From NCBI GenBank assembly GCA_010909165.1, contig MU008158.1, positions 3,543,897 to 3,606,971 on the forward strand: a DNA stretch of 63,075 nucleotides, read 5' to 3'. The position numbers and the translations under genes were made by a program. Source of the stretch: Anthoceros angustus. Its lineage: Eukaryota; Plantae; Anthocerotophyta. Below, piece by piece: positions 61,786-63,075 of this stretch (position 1 is its first letter; every line of letters starts with the position of its first letter). Under the pieces are notes generated by a model. The model was not told the origin of the DNA and did no database searches. It saw nothing but the letters and a program-made list of their open reading frames with translations.

Positions 61786-62547
61786 CAGTCGCCCCCTCTA
61801 ATTGGGAACTCTATAAAATGGGATTCCTCTCTAAATAGGACCTTCGATCCTACTCCCTTTAGTGTACAGTGTAAAAAATGGGACTTTTCCCCTCAATGAT
61901 AAGTGGGACCTATTGAAACATACATTCATGTTAGTTTCACCTCCCTGAACGAAAATTTTGAGTTTTTTTACTAAAAAAATTAGAAAAAAGGAAGAGAAAA
62001 GAATCAAAAGTTGGAAAAAGGAAGAGGAGCTTGTCGAAAATATTGAAGAGGAAGTAGCGACAATGCCACCCCTACCACAACAGACTATGGAAGATGACAT
62101 CAAAGGTTTGGAGGTAGCTAGAACTTACATGATACAGATGCCACACGACACTACGGACTCTTTTCTATTGCTTCATGTCTTTGAGAAACACGTGATTAGT
62201 CATCATCTCAAAGTATCGCGGGTGCAAAGGAGTATTGTCGATTATTTTAGAGCACAATAGACTTTTAGGTGTGATTGAAGACTCCTAAGCTAAGCTTTTT
62301 CCTTTACGATAGCTAGAAGTTTTTTAATGCTGCTTAGAGAGAGTACTAGATTTCAAGCAACTATGCAGAGAAGTGGTAAAAGTTATTTTTAGTGAAACCT
62401 ATCAATCAAAATTTGAATTTTTATTTTTTAAGTAGTTTTTATTTTTGAATTTATAACATTTTATTGTTTTTTAAATGGGGAAAAATCTAATCGGGACACC
62501 TCCCTTCGGAACAACTCCGAACCAGTCCCAATTAGGGGGGTGGACTG
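61786..62547 (+). mobile_element. Internally deleted pogo-like Tc1/mariner element
   Basis: 21-bp TIRs CAGTCGCCCCCTCTAATTGGG (61786-61806) and CCCAATTAGGGGGGTGGACTG (62527-62547) match at 18/21. TA flanks the right end and TC the left. The internal ORF tail ...RVQRSIVDYF resembles pogo/Tigger transposase C-termini. Confidence 0.7.
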
Positions 62548-63075
62548 TATAACACTTGCACCCGTGAAGGTTCGTACAACTACCGAACCGCAAAGCTCCA
62601 AAGAGCCTCATGTGGCATGCGCTTCGAATGAATATGTTGTATGGGGACCTTTATGACAGCTACACCCTGACGGGGTTGGCCTGCCCGCCATATGGCCCAC
62701 AAGTGTGCTCCCATTGTCGATCAAGCGTACACATACTTTAATTGATGTACACCTGTAGCAGTGCTGTTGCAAGTGTCCAGACTTTTGATGTAATGTAGGA
62801 AGGGGCAGGTGCCATGCATCTCGCACATTTCTCGATTCTTGTAAGATATGTTGCACAACTAAATCAAATGCCATTCGCAAGCCCTTTGGACAGAAGCTGC
62901 CCGAATGACCACTATAATACCATGTAAAAGCCGAGCCCCGTCCATATGTCAGAACGGGAAGGCAACAGAGAGGTGCACGCTGGTAGTCATTGTCGTTATG
63001 TAGTCTACGTGTCTAGTCTAGACAGCATCAGGGAACATAGTGAATATCCGCACAATCGGCAACAGGACGGCCGGT

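Noticed and set aside
1-63075. tRNA, rRNA or other structured RNA genes
   Set aside because: None were recognised by eye; only tRNA-complementary PBS motifs are present. A covariance-model scan would be needed to exclude them.

Overview
Eukaryotic, transposon-rich land-plant DNA. It is most likely a non-seed plant; hornwort or fern is suggested by a decayed PLS-PPR gene with a DYW:KP/GRP-like tail, but that is inference. The only intact host genes I can support are five paralogous three-exon polyphenol oxidases (PPO, type-3 copper proteins) at 22.8-24.3, 26.2-27.7, 28.7-30.3, 42.5-44.0 and 59.3-60.8 kb, plus relics of further copies. All five are atypical. They have a secretory signal peptide instead of a plastid transit peptide and no C-terminal shielding (KFDV) domain. 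They also carry HCxYG instead of HCxYC (no Cys-His thioether) and a non-Phe gatekeeper residue. The rest is mostly decayed mobile DNA: a Ty3/gypsy-like relic in which a retropepsin is directly followed by a C5 DNA-methyltransferase domain (11.2-12.4 kb); a complete Ty1/copia element with TSD, PBS and PPT nested in an older copia; further copia, MULE, Sola-like, hAT-like, pogo-like and Helitron pieces. There are also pseudogene fragments of delta-COP, PPR/PPR-DYW and vacuolar processing enzyme. All calls come from manual reading and motif recall; no database searches were run, and TE boundaries without TSDs are approximate.
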